A DNA stretch of 64,000 nucleotides from assembly GCA_039026935.1 (NCBI GenBank), contig JBCCLK010000003.1, positions 61,478 through 125,477 of the forward strand, written 5' to 3'. The notes under the pieces are model-generated. The model made no database searches. It worked only from the letters and a program-made list of their open reading frames with translations, and was not told where the DNA came from. The stretch's first letter is position 1; every line of letters begins with the position of its first letter. Both the position numbers and the translations under genes were made by a program. Origin of the DNA: Pseudomonadota bacterium (GTDB taxonomy: Bacteria > Pseudomonadota > Alphaproteobacteria > Rhizobiales > MH13). Shown in pieces: positions 52,736 to 62,073 of the stretch.

Positions 52736-53734
52736 TCAGTTGGTCGGCATGAAAGAGCGATCGACAATACTTTCCGGGTCAATCGCATCCGCCTCGAACC
52801 CTTGGGCAGCTGCAACGCGCACCCAGGTTGAAGCAAGGCGCTCTGGCTCGAAGACGCCAAAACCATCAACCTCTGTGACGTCGTTGAACACCAGCTCCAT
52901 GGCATCATTGACGCCACCTTCGATAGCCGCCAGATCAAGTTCGGGAACGACCGCCACAACAGATGCTGCAGCCTCAGCAGGGTTCTCATGCGCGAACGCA
53001 ACGGAGCGCTGATAGGCTTCCAGGAAACGTCGGGCAACATCAGGGCGCTCTTCCAAGAAAGTGTCATTGGCTATGACAGAGGCCGAATAGAGATCAAGAC
53101 CAGCCGTGGACCATGGGATGACCTTGATGTCGTGGCCAGCTTCTTCAGCCTGCGTTGTATAGCGCGTGACATCCACCACCCATGCGATGATCGCGTCAGC
53201 TTGGCCGGTCATCAAAGTTGGCCCAAGTGCACCAGGGTCCATCTTGTTGAGCGTGATGTCTTCTTCAGTCATACCCATATCGGCGAGGATGAGCGGCAAA
53301 TAGACGTTGGAGGATGTGAACGGCGACGTCGCGATGGTCGTGCCGCGTACATCTTCCACCGTTTCAATCTCGTTGCCTTCCAACGTGTAAAACGCGTGCG
53401 GTCCTTTGTTGAAGTAGGACATCACAGCGGTTACAGGCACGTCTTCGGTCGCCCGAGCTGCCATAAGCGCGCCAAGACCGGCGGTTCCGATATCAGAGAT
53501 TCCGGTTGCCAGTTTCGTCACTGCTTCGGACGATCCGCGGCCACCTTCAATCGTGACGGAAATGCCAGCCTCTTCGCAGAACCCTTGCTCGATGCACACG
53601 TAAATAGGTGACTTGTCTCCGCCGGGCAGCCAGTCAAGCTGGAACGTGATTTCATCGAGAGCTTGCGCCGATGTTGCGGTGACAAGCATGGCGGCACTGC
53701 TAAGCATGGCGGCCGAGAGCTTTGCGTATGTCAT
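52736..53734 (-). CDS. NMT1/THI5-like ABC substrate-binding protein
   Basis: Signal peptide, FQLDWLP, GRGS; start set at MTYAKL. Confidence 0.88.
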   Translation of the reverse strand: MTYAKLSAAMLSSAAMLVTATSAQALDEITFQLDWLPGGDKSPIYVCIEQGFCEEAGISVTIEGGRGSSEAVTKLATGISDIGTAGLGALMAARATEDVPVTAVMSYFNKGPHAFYTLEGNEIETVEDVRGTTIATSPFTSSNVYLPLILADMGMTEEDITLNKMDPGALGPTLMTGQADAIIAWVVDVTRYTTQAEEAGHDIKVIPWSTAGLDLYSASVIANDTFLEERPDVARRFLEAYQRSVAFAHENPAEAAASVVAVVPELDLAAIEGGVNDAMELVFNDVTEVDGFGVFEPERLASTWVRVAAAQGFEADAIDPESIVDRSFMPTN

Positions 53735-53898
53735 GATGGTTCCTTTCCCTACAAACATATCGATGCCGTAGCCGCGTAACGGTGGCGCGCGCGGCAACTT
53801 CGGTAAAAAGAGAACCATGCCGTTAGAGCACTGCGCAGTCTCAGCCATGACCAGGACGCTTGAATTGCTAGCATTGCACGAGGCTTGTCTTAGCATTT

Positions 53899-53938
53899 TG
53901 CCCAAAGATCGTGCATGCTATGTATTTATACACATGCA
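53899..53938. promoter_or_regulatory. NtrC-like box overlapping a nested palindrome
   Basis: TGCCCAAAGATCGTGCA (TGC-N11-GCA) and TGCATG-CTA-TGTATTTATACA-CATGCA. Confidence 0.45.
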
Positions 53939-53991
53939 AATGGATGCTCCATGGACATCAATGCTCCAACGCAAAGTCTGAGGAACATCCA

Positions 53992-54489
53992 ATGTCCATT
54001 TCGCCTGAACGGGATCTCGAACTGATCCGTCACACCATTGAGCTTGCCAAGCAGTCACGGGCTCGCGGGGATCACCCGTTTGCGGCGCTCCTCGCCGATG
54101 CCGATGGCACCATTCTCCTGGAAGCCATGAACACCTGCGGCACGAAAGGTGACAACACCGGACATGCCGAGCGCAACCTGATGACAGAGGCCTCTAAGAC
54201 CTACGATGAGGACTTCCTGCGGACCTGTTCGATGTATACAAGCGCCGAACCCTGCGCGATGTGCGCGGGATCGGTCTATTGGGCAGGTGTCGGCCGCGTC
54301 GTACATGGAATGACAGAAAAAGAGTTAAAAGACCTCATCGGTCCTGACCCGGAAAACCTCACCATGGATCTGCCCTGCCGGACGATTTTTGACAGCGGTC
54401 AGCGCAAGGTCGAGGTAGTTGGTCCTCTCCTGTCGGAGGAGTCAGCGGTCGTACACGAAGGCTTCTGGGTCGGGCAGGTCTCAGGTTAG
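53992..54489 (+). CDS. Zn-dependent nucleobase/nucleoside deaminase (cytidine deaminase fold)
   Basis: HPFAA, GHAE, EPCAMC. Confidence 0.92.
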   Translation: MSISPERDLELIRHTIELAKQSRARGDHPFAALLADADGTILLEAMNTCGTKGDNTGHAERNLMTEASKTYDEDFLRTCSMYTSAEPCAMCAGSVYWAGVGRVVHGMTEKELKDLIGPDPENLTMDLPCRTIFDSGQRKVEVVGPLLSEESAVVHEGFWVGQVSG

Positions 54490-54906
54490 ACGATCATGCA
54501 GACCGTCTTGGTTTGGAGATAACTGTCGAGCCCTTCGGCATTGTTTTCCACGCCCCAGCCACACTGGTTGTCCCAACCGCTCTTGAGAGTTCGGGCGAGA
54601 AGCAGCAATGGCCATGCACCCAGACCATACCTGCCTTAATCGCGTCCACGACCTGATGCGCCTGTGACAGATCCTGCGTCCACACGCTGGCGGCGAGACC
54701 ATAATCGGTGTCGTTCGCCCAGCCAAGCGCCTCATCGGGATCATCAAAAGGTATGAGCGCTGCCACTGGTCCAACAACCTCCTCACGCATGAGCATGCTA
54801 TCGAGATTAGGGGCGGCCAATTCCACGGCGTAATCGCGGCAACGACGCCCAAAGGCTCGCGGGTGGTCTGCGGCTGTGTATCGCGCAGCTCTAAGGCCAC
54901 TATCAT
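54486..54906 (-). pseudogene. Aldehyde dehydrogenase collapsed by internal deletions
   Basis: 421 nt carrying REPLGVVAAITPWNWP, REEVVGPV...ANDTDYGLAASVWT and QSGWGVEN...YLQTKTV in different frames; catalytic core absent. Confidence 0.88.
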
Positions 54907-55403
54907 GGCGTGCTCGCTTCCCGGACGCGAGTTGCCGCATTCAAAGCGCCCCGGACAATAGAGGCATACCCCGTGCACCGGCAGATGTTGCCTTCAAGGC
55001 ACGCAATGACATCCTCATCCGTCGCGTCTGGATGACGCGAAAGAAACCCGGTCAGAGCCATTACAAAGCCAGGCGCACAGTACCCGCACTGAAAAGCCGA
55101 TTCCTCTAAAAGGCCATCGCGCACGTCGGCGGCAAAAGGCATCACGTCTAACCCTTCGATGGTTATGACCTCCCGATCCGCGACCTGCCAGGCGAACGCC
55201 AAACAAGCATTGCTGGCGACACCGTCGATCAGCACCGTGCAGGCACCGCAGCGCCCGATGGAGCAGCCAATCTTCGTCCCCGTGGTCTCAAGATGGTCGC
55301 GCAAAACTTCCACCAAGCGCATCTCAGCGGTGACGGTCATCGCCTGAGGCTGGCCGTTGAGCTTAAAAGCGATGGGATAGATAACCGAAGGCGGTCTGGA
55401 CAC
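54903..55403 (-). CDS. (2Fe-2S) subunit of a xanthine dehydrogenase-family enzyme
   Basis: GCSIGRCGACTV, QCGYCAPG, GNICRCTGY; GTG start overlapping the upstream TAG. Confidence 0.93.
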   Translation of the reverse strand: MSRPPSVIYPIAFKLNGQPQAMTVTAEMRLVEVLRDHLETTGTKIGCSIGRCGACTVLIDGVASNACLAFAWQVADREVITIEGLDVMPFAADVRDGLLEESAFQCGYCAPGFVMALTGFLSRHPDATDEDVIACLEGNICRCTGYASIVRGALNAATRVREASTP

Positions 55404-58400
55404 TAGCGCGCGCTCCAGTTCAGCACGGTTTCGGGCGAGAGGGGCAGCGTTGTCGGCCATACCTCACCCGCTTTGAAACCAAGTGCTTGGGCTACCGCAT
55501 TGGCAATAGCTGGCGCAACGCCGGCGATACCAAGTTCACCTACGCCCCGTGGCCCAAAGGGATCTCCAGCGTCCAGTCCCTCTAACGCGAAGGTCTCCAT
55601 CCTCTCCGGACGGTCGCGCAACGAGGGCATAACGTAGGTATCCAGATTGCCAGTCACCGTGCGGCCCCGGTCCATCGCGATGTGCTCCGTGAGCGCAAAC
55701 CCAAGACCCTGGCTCGCTGCGCCTTCCACCTGACCCAGATAGGATGCAGCGTCCAACACAGGTCCTGAGGCAGTGTGTTGCGCCAGATCAAGGACGCGGA
55801 CCATGCCCGTCACGCAGTCCACCGCAACACGGGCGAGAGTAGCTCCGGAGATAAACAAGAACCGCGCATTACCTTGGGTGTAATCGCTCTTAGGGAACGC
55901 AACATGCTGCCGTTCTGTGGGAAGTGCGTCGAGTGGCAGACGGGTTGCAAGATCAGCAAAGGTGAGGATCGGGTCCTGCGAGTTCGTGCCCGCTTCACCA
56001 ATGCCGCCGGGCACCAGGGTGAGGGTTTCTTCGTTACGGTCCAGAAGGTTGGAGGCTGCCAACACCAGATAGGTGCGCAACCCTGGCGCTGTTGCCCGAG
56101 CACCCTTCCAAACGATGTAGGAGCCACGCGAGGCGGTCGTTGATCCGCTGTCCGGGGTGTTCCGCGTGTCGCCAAAGACGACGCGCACATCCTCACGCCC
56201 AATCCCAAGCGCATCCGCCACAGCGGACGCGACCGCTGGGATCATCCCCTGCCCCATTTCATCAAGGCCGTAGCGCGCTTCGATAGCACCGTCAGCGGCG
56301 AGCGCCAGCTCCACATCGCCTTCATCAGGCGGCAGCGTCCCAAGTCCATTGCCTTGATAACAGAGCGCCATTCCTACCCCGCTGACTTCACCGGGCTTCA
56401 GCGGCATGTCTTCGGTCCACAACCGGCTGGCCGCCACTGCGTCAAGCATCGCCGATAGCCGTTCGGTTGGCCCCACTTTTTGGCCGAGCGTACCAGGTGT
56501 GCCAGGCTCGCGGATGTTGTTGCGGCGCATAGTGATCGGGTCGAGGCCAATAAGAGCCGCCAGCCGCTCGATCTGACATTCCACGGCGAACGTCATCTCG
56601 TTGCAGCCGAACCCGCGAAACGCGCCGCATGTGCCGTTGTTGGTCGCCACCAGCTGACCACGTGTCGAAGCATTGGGAATGACGTAAGGACCGCAGGCAT
56701 GCTCCATCGCCGTCTCTATCACACCAAGGCTGAGCGATGCGTGCGCACCGCCATCCGCCACTGCATCGACCTTCTGAGCGATAAGGTTGCCCTCAGCATC
56801 GCAGGCGGTTTTCATCGTGATGCGGAACGGGTTGCGTTTGGTGCCAGCGCGCACGCTTTCTCGGCGGCTTAAATGCAACCGCACCGCACGTTTTGCTTTC
56901 AAAGCGAGGAGCGCAAGCGCAGGCTGCACCGTCAGTTCGTCCTTGCCACCAAAGCCACCGCCGATGGGCGAGGTCACTACTTCGATTTTGTCCTCAGGCA
57001 AATCAAGGATACGGGCGAGTTGCTCGCGGTCTCGGCCACCATGCTGACCGCCGCACTGGACCAGAAGGCCACCGTCTTCGGTAGGCGTTACCACACCGCC
57101 TTCAGTCTCCATGAACCCATGCATTTGGCGCGGAGTTGAGTAGGTGTCCTCCACGACAAAGGCCGCAGCCGCAAAGGCCGCTTCCACATCGCCGCGCTCC
57201 AGCGTCACCGTCTTTCGCAGATTGCCACCCGGATGGAGGTGTGGCGCATCAGACTCCAGCGCTTTGATCGGATCATCCACGACCGGTAGGGGTTCATAGA
57301 CCACCTCAACGAGATCGAGTGCCTCTTCAGCGATCGCTTTGGTGTCGGCGGCGACCGCTGCGACGGGATCGCCTTCATACCGCACCAGTGTATCGCAGAG
57401 CGCGGGCTGGTCCTGCACCACAATACCGAAGGCGTTCAGCCCAGACACATCTTTGTGGGTGACGACCGCGTAGACACCTTCCAGCGCCTCAGCCTTCGAT
57501 GTATCGATGGAAAGAATACGAGCATGCGGATACTCAGCGCGCAAGATAGAGCCATAAAGAGCACCCAATGGCCGAAGATCGGTGAGGAAAACAGGCTCCC
57601 CGGCGAGTTTGCCTGCAAGGTCAGTCCGCTCATGCCACTCATCGGCGCAATCATGCCGCGACAAAATACGCTCGCCCTGCGGTGATGATGCGATGGGCGG
57701 CATGCTAACTGTCCCAGGCGTTGGCTTGAAGATTTTGGCGCCCAGACCATGCAGCAAAGCCCGGGCTGCAACGTGTTTGCGATAGCTAGAAGATCGAAGC
57801 GCATCACACGGCGCATCAATCGCATCCCGCAGGGTCTTTTCGTCGACCGAACCAAGGCCGTCCTGAACGAGGCTCTGTTCGATCTGTTTCAATCGCTGCG
57901 GCGATGTTGGACCTGAGCCCACAGCAAGCTTTGCGGTCTTAATAGCTTGCCCATCGTTCGAGACGAGTGCCGCCACCGCGATAACACCCGGCGTGAACCC
58001 GGCCCGAAGCCCAACTTTACGCCATACATGCTGAGCACCGTCCGGCTGCTCTGGCAGTATGATGCCCGTGATGATGGAGCCCGGTGTTTCCGCCAGATAG
58101 TCTTCAAGTGGCGACATCCCCTTACCTTCTACGCACAGCCACTCGACCGTCGCGTCCAAAGCCAGCAGTGCTGGCAGAAGGCAGCCAACGCCCCAGCCGA
58201 TCTGCCCGCCCAAAGTGCCCATCGACCTGACGGACGGGCCACCGACGTCACGCGCCGCAGTCGCCAGCAAGGGCGCGTTGCGGGCCACGATCTCATCGTC
58301 GATCAAAGCGCTGATCGGTGTCAGTGCGCCGAGACGCAGACCATCCGGTCCCTCTTCTACTCCACGCAGATCATCAATCCGCGACAGGTCCACTAGACCA

Positions 58401-58528
58401 TCCGGCTTCTCCTCGCCAGCTTCCCAAGTCAGTTGTAAGGCCGTGCCACCAGCGATTGGCAGCCCGTTGCCCGCGGCCAGAGCACTGATTGCCTCGCCTA
58501 GATGTGTTGGCCTTACCAGGTCCATCAA
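55403..58528 (-). CDS. Xanthine dehydrogenase-family FAD-binding plus molybdopterin-binding fusion protein
   Basis: N-terminal IAGGT, RSMGTLGG (FAD subunit); C-terminal GGGFGGKD, AFRGFG, GQVEG, GVGE (Moco subunit). Confidence 0.9.
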   Translation of the reverse strand: MMDLVRPTHLGEAISALAAGNGLPIAGGTALQLTWEAGEEKPDGLVDLSRIDDLRGVEEGPDGLRLGALTPISALIDDEIVARNAPLLATAARDVGGPSVRSMGTLGGQIGWGVGCLLPALLALDATVEWLCVEGKGMSPLEDYLAETPGSIITGIILPEQPDGAQHVWRKVGLRAGFTPGVIAVAALVSNDGQAIKTAKLAVGSGPTSPQRLKQIEQSLVQDGLGSVDEKTLRDAIDAPCDALRSSSYRKHVAARALLHGLGAKIFKPTPGTVSMPPIASSPQGERILSRHDCADEWHERTDLAGKLAGEPVFLTDLRPLGALYGSILRAEYPHARILSIDTSKAEALEGVYAVVTHKDVSGLNAFGIVVQDQPALCDTLVRYEGDPVAAVAADTKAIAEEALDLVEVVYEPLPVVDDPIKALESDAPHLHPGGNLRKTVTLERGDVEAAFAAAAFVVEDTYSTPRQMHGFMETEGGVVTPTEDGGLLVQCGGQHGGRDREQLARILDLPEDKIEVVTSPIGGGFGGKDELTVQPALALLALKAKRAVRLHLSRRESVRAGTKRNPFRITMKTACDAEGNLIAQKVDAVADGGAHASLSLGVIETAMEHACGPYVIPNASTRGQLVATNNGTCGAFRGFGCNEMTFAVECQIERLAALIGLDPITMRRNNIREPGTPGTLGQKVGPTERLSAMLDAVAASRLWTEDMPLKPGEVSGVGMALCYQGNGLGTLPPDEGDVELALAADGAIEARYGLDEMGQGMIPAVASAVADALGIGREDVRVVFGDTRNTPDSGSTTASRGSYIVWKGARATAPGLRTYLVLAASNLLDRNEETLTLVPGGIGEAGTNSQDPILTFADLATRLPLDALPTERQHVAFPKSDYTQGNARFLFISGATLARVAVDCVTGMVRVLDLAQHTASGPVLDAASYLGQVEGAASQGLGFALTEHIAMDRGRTVTGNLDTYVMPSLRDRPERMETFALEGLDAGDPFGPRGVGELGIAGVAPAIANAVAQALGFKAGEVWPTTLPLSPETVLNWSAR

Positions 58529-58716
58529 GCCGCGACCTCCGGGTCAGGCGCAGGACATGACGTCTCCGAATGTGAAGTTGTCGTACCGTAGGTGATCCCT
58601 TTCTTTTTCAGCCAGCACCGATAGGCGACCGACGAGCCATCCGCCCTGGTTGGTATTTCATCCTGCGCATGGAACGGCAGCAGCAGGGGGCTGCTTCTCA
58701 ATGATGATCTTGTCAT
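58525..58716 (-). pseudogene. Probable collapsed gene remnant (63 codons)
   Basis: ATGA-coupled to the upstream stop and overlapping the downstream start; no recognisable domain. Confidence 0.4.
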
Positions 58717-59104
58717 GCGCGAAGACCATCTGCTCGAACCTCAAAAGCTCGGCGGGCGAACAAGTCGGGGGCCAGCGCGCGTACTTCCTCCAAAATGTTG
58801 GCCATAGTGTCGTTCACCAGAATGCCGTTTTGGGCAACAATTGTACCAGCAACCATCGTCATCCGCACGCCCGACGCACGCACAGCATGGACGAATGCGC
58901 ATGAGCGTTGATCAAACCAGGCATAAGGATGCGGTCGGCGTAGTGGGCGGTTTGGGCCTCCGGGTAGGCGGTCAGAAGCTCTGCCCGCCTGCCAACGGCG
59001 ACAATGGTCTGTCCCTCAATCGCCAGACCACCATCCTTCAAAATGGTGAGTGCATCATTCATTGGCACAAAGACGTCAGAGGTGAGAACGGCTATCCCGA
59101 TCAT
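58713..59104 (-). pseudogene. Metal-dependent amidohydrolase (MTA/SAH or guanine deaminase-like) collapsed by internal deletion
   Basis: N-terminus to MPGLINAHAH joined out of frame to the C-terminal HAVRASGVRMTMVAGTIVAQNG...stop; 392 nt total. Confidence 0.85.
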
Positions 59105-59191
59105 GCTAGGATGGGCTCCTCTGTAAGAGCAGCTGGCGCTCGCCAGCGATATCGCCACAATGAAGCGGCTCTACGACCTGTGAGCGGCGGT

Positions 59192-60109
59192 TCAGGCGTA
59201 AGTGGCTGTCAGACGGCTGTGCAGATAATCGGCGGAGGTGACAGGCGCATATTTATGTGGCGTGCCCGTACCTGGCAGCGCCTCTACCACCGCATCTGCA
59301 TTGGGTTGAAAGAAGAATGCCACCGAGTAACGCTCGCGCGCCGGTGGGATCACTCGGTGTGGCGTCGACACATACACATCGTTTGACCAGCGCATCAAAA
59401 GATCGCCCAGATTGATGACGAACGCGCCATCGACATGCGGCACGTCCAACCAAGCGTCAGACCCACGCGGCTGAACTTGCAAGCCCGGCGTCCCGTCGGT
59501 CATCAGGAGCGTAAGTGAGCCATAGTCCGAATGCGCACCTGCACCAATAGCACCCTCAACACCGCGTGTTGGCGGGTAATGCAAGAGGCGTAAAATAGCG
59601 ATTGGGTCGTCAACAAAGTCGGCGAAGTAATCCTCGCTCAGCCCCAAATCCAGGGCTAACGCCCGGTGCAGATTAATCGCCAAAGTCACCATCGTATCAT
59701 AGTAGCCCATCAGGGTCTGGCGAAACGCCTCTTCGCCAGCTGGCCACTGGTTCACACCGCGAAACGGCTCGCCCAAAAGGACCCGCGGATCATCAGGCGA
59801 CAAGTCATCGCCAACATTGAATGCTTCCTTTTGGTCGATTTTACCGCTCTTCTCATCAAGCTTCTCTGTGCCTGTCGCCACATAGCCACGATCATGCTTG
59901 GAATTGGCGATGGCCAAACGGTCCTTCTCCGACTGGTCGAGCGCGAAAAAGCTGCGCGCGGCGTCAAAAACGCTGTCGATCTGACTTCGGTCAACACCGT
60001 GCCCGGTGAGCAGCATAAAACCGCTCTGCCGGCAGGCTTGACCCACATCCTCAACAAAGCCTTGTTTGTTGCCGTTCAAAAAATCCTGATAGTTGAGCAC
60101 AGGGATCAT
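59192..60109 (-). CDS. 2OG-Fe(II) oxygenase, isopenicillin N synthase-like family
   Basis: MIPVL, LRLLHYPP, AGAHSDYG, STPHRV, RYS. Confidence 0.92.
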   Translation of the reverse strand: MIPVLNYQDFLNGNKQGFVEDVGQACRQSGFMLLTGHGVDRSQIDSVFDAARSFFALDQSEKDRLAIANSKHDRGYVATGTEKLDEKSGKIDQKEAFNVGDDLSPDDPRVLLGEPFRGVNQWPAGEEAFRQTLMGYYDTMVTLAINLHRALALDLGLSEDYFADFVDDPIAILRLLHYPPTRGVEGAIGAGAHSDYGSLTLLMTDGTPGLQVQPRGSDAWLDVPHVDGAFVINLGDLLMRWSNDVYVSTPHRVIPPARERYSVAFFFQPNADAVVEALPGTGTPHKYAPVTSADYLHSRLTATYA

Positions 60110-60131
60110 GAGGGGCCTCTTTTTACGTCCG

Positions 60132-61139
60132 TTAAATGTAGGTCTGCTTGTACATGGCTTGCAAATGCTCCGAGACGGTGATCGGCGGATACAAGGGCTC
60201 GGTGCCTGGTTCCAGGCAAGTCTCGATGCAGCGCACGGTATGATCGGGATTGCCCGTGTAAAAGAACGGGATCGAATAGCGCTCACGACCGGATCTGTTG
60301 ATCACCCGGTGCAGCGTGGAGCGATAGCGTCCATTCGTCCAGCGCTGGATCATGTCACCGAGATTGACGTTGAAAGCGCCTTCAATCGGCGGCGCTGGGA
60401 TCCAGCCATCTTCATCAAAGACCTCAAGCCCGCCGACTTCATCTTGCCATAGAAGTGTAAGGCCACCAAAATCAGTGTGTGCACCGCAGCCCTTCTCGTC
60501 AGGATCAGCGTTAGGACGCTGGGGCGGATAGTGTAGAAGCCGCAAGGTGCACATCGGATCGGTGGTGAAGCCGGAGAAATAGTCACGCGGCAGATCCAGC
60601 GAGAGTGCCATCGCCTCCATCAGCCGCGTACCGAATATGACCATGGCCGCAAAGTAACAGTCGGCGGCCTCGCGAAACGCTGGCGCGCCGTCGGGCCACT
60701 GGTTGGGCCCATGATTGAACTTGCCCGCCAGAACACGCGGATCATCCTCAGCCACTTCAACGCCGATATAGTACCCCTCTTTCTGATCAGGTGGCGCACC
60801 CTTTTCCAGCGTCTGTGCCGCCAGTCTCTCATAGCCTCGGTTGCAGGGAGACATATCCTTCGAAACGGCTTCTTTCTCTTCGAGCGTCTTGGAAAAGAAC
60901 GTTTCTGATTGTGTACGAAGCGTTGCGATGATCTCAGGGCTGATGCCATGCCCGACAACGTAAAAGAAGCCTTTGTCTTCACATGCGCTGCGCAGGGCGG
61001 TGGCGATGGCGCCGTCATGCATTTCGTTACCCTCACCAAATCCGCCAATATCGATCACCGGCAGAGATTGGACTGGCTTGGATTGGGCTGTGGCGTCCGC
61101 CAGCGCCGCCGCTGTGAGAGCTGTTGGGTTCATTGCCAT
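60132..61139 (-). CDS. 2OG-Fe(II) oxygenase, isopenicillin N synthase-like family
   Basis: LPVIDI, GFFYVVGHG, CGAHTDFG, STLHRV, RYS. Confidence 0.92.
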   Translation of the reverse strand: MAMNPTALTAAALADATAQSKPVQSLPVIDIGGFGEGNEMHDGAIATALRSACEDKGFFYVVGHGISPEIIATLRTQSETFFSKTLEEKEAVSKDMSPCNRGYERLAAQTLEKGAPPDQKEGYYIGVEVAEDDPRVLAGKFNHGPNQWPDGAPAFREAADCYFAAMVIFGTRLMEAMALSLDLPRDYFSGFTTDPMCTLRLLHYPPQRPNADPDEKGCGAHTDFGGLTLLWQDEVGGLEVFDEDGWIPAPPIEGAFNVNLGDMIQRWTNGRYRSTLHRVINRSGRERYSIPFFYTGNPDHTVRCIETCLEPGTEPLYPPITVSEHLQAMYKQTYI

Positions 61140-61174
61140 TCACCTGCATAAGCTGCTTTTGCTGCGATAATGAA

Positions 61175-61190
61175 TGCAAACTCCGCGCCA
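61175..61190 (-). promoter_or_regulatory. Sigma54 (-24/-12) promoter candidate
   Basis: Minus strand TGGCGCGGAGTTTGCA, GG-N10-GC, 35 nt before the oxygenase start. Confidence 0.65.
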
Positions 61191-61429
61191 GGACGGACAT
61201 CGCCACATGCTTCTTTGGGCGCATAACAAGGTCGCTCAGATAGCCATGCGATCAGCATTGACCGCACGACGCTCAGCGACCGAGACAGCCTTTGCACACC
61301 GGGCTTACCCTCACGGCCATCCAACCCCTTTAGATCACGCGATAGGATCTAGGGTCCAACATGGCGGGCAAAGCTGGCGAAGGCTCGCTCGCGAAGACTA
61401 TAATGGGAGGACAAAGGAGAGCCTTGGCC

Positions 61430-61861
61430 ATGTCACCCTCGCTTTTGCAGGTAAGCATCATAGTTGATGATCCTGGCGCCGTCGTCGGCTTCTACTGCGC
61501 GCTTTTCGAGGCGCAAGAAGAACACACTGTAAACCCCGAAGGCTATCGCGGTGTGGTGTTGAGTGGTGGAATCATAGGTTTCAATGAACCAGCAGCCAGA
61601 GGAAAACTTGGGCTTTCTGGATCAACCCATGTTGCTGAGCGCAGCAGCCATGACCAGGGCTATTTCACTGTAAAGGTCGATGAAGATGGCGAGGTTGATC
61701 AACTGATCAAGAAAGCCATGAACCTCGGTGCTACGCTCCTCAAAGGGCCGCTCACAACACCATTCAACTGGTACATTGCGGTCCTAAGAGACCCGCACGG
61801 CATCGCGTTCCGTCTGGCCTCGACCCGTGGGCCTATTCGGCCGAGACGATCAGTCGATTAA
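61430..61861 (+). CDS. VOC/glyoxalase family protein
   Basis: SIIVDD...GFYCALF, GATLLKGP...FNW...LRDPHG; AAGGAG ribosome-binding site. Confidence 0.8.
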   Translation: MSPSLLQVSIIVDDPGAVVGFYCALFEAQEEHTVNPEGYRGVVLSGGIIGFNEPAARGKLGLSGSTHVAERSSHDQGYFTVKVDEDGEVDQLIKKAMNLGATLLKGPLTTPFNWYIAVLRDPHGIAFRLASTRGPIRPRRSVD

Positions 61862-61940
61862 AGCGCCAGCACATGTCACAGGAACGGGGTATCACACCGC
61901 CGCTTTGCGGCTTTAGTTACTGAAAGGGAAAAAGTGGTGT

Positions 61941-62014
61941 TGGAGCGGGTAGCGGGAATCGAACCCGCACCAAGAGCTTGGAAGGCTCGTGTGATACCAT
62001 TTCACCATACCCGC
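61941..62014 (-). tRNA. tRNA-Gly (TCC)
   Basis: GCGGGTA...CTTCCAA anticodon loop...GGTTCGATTCC...TACCCGCTCCA, 74 nt. Confidence 0.97.
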
Positions 62015-62073
62015 ACTGGCACGATGCGCGCCAATGGCTTTGATCGTACCCACCTTTCCTCTTGATGAAAAGA

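Noticed and set aside
53832-53847. GG-N10-GC spacing upstream of the NMT1 binding-protein gene
   Set aside because: Lacks the TTGC -12 context; too weak to call a sigma54 promoter.
61889-61998. GGTATCACAC 10-mer inverted relative to the tRNA-Gly D-arm region
   Set aside because: Too short and in the wrong position and orientation for an att site; likely chance.
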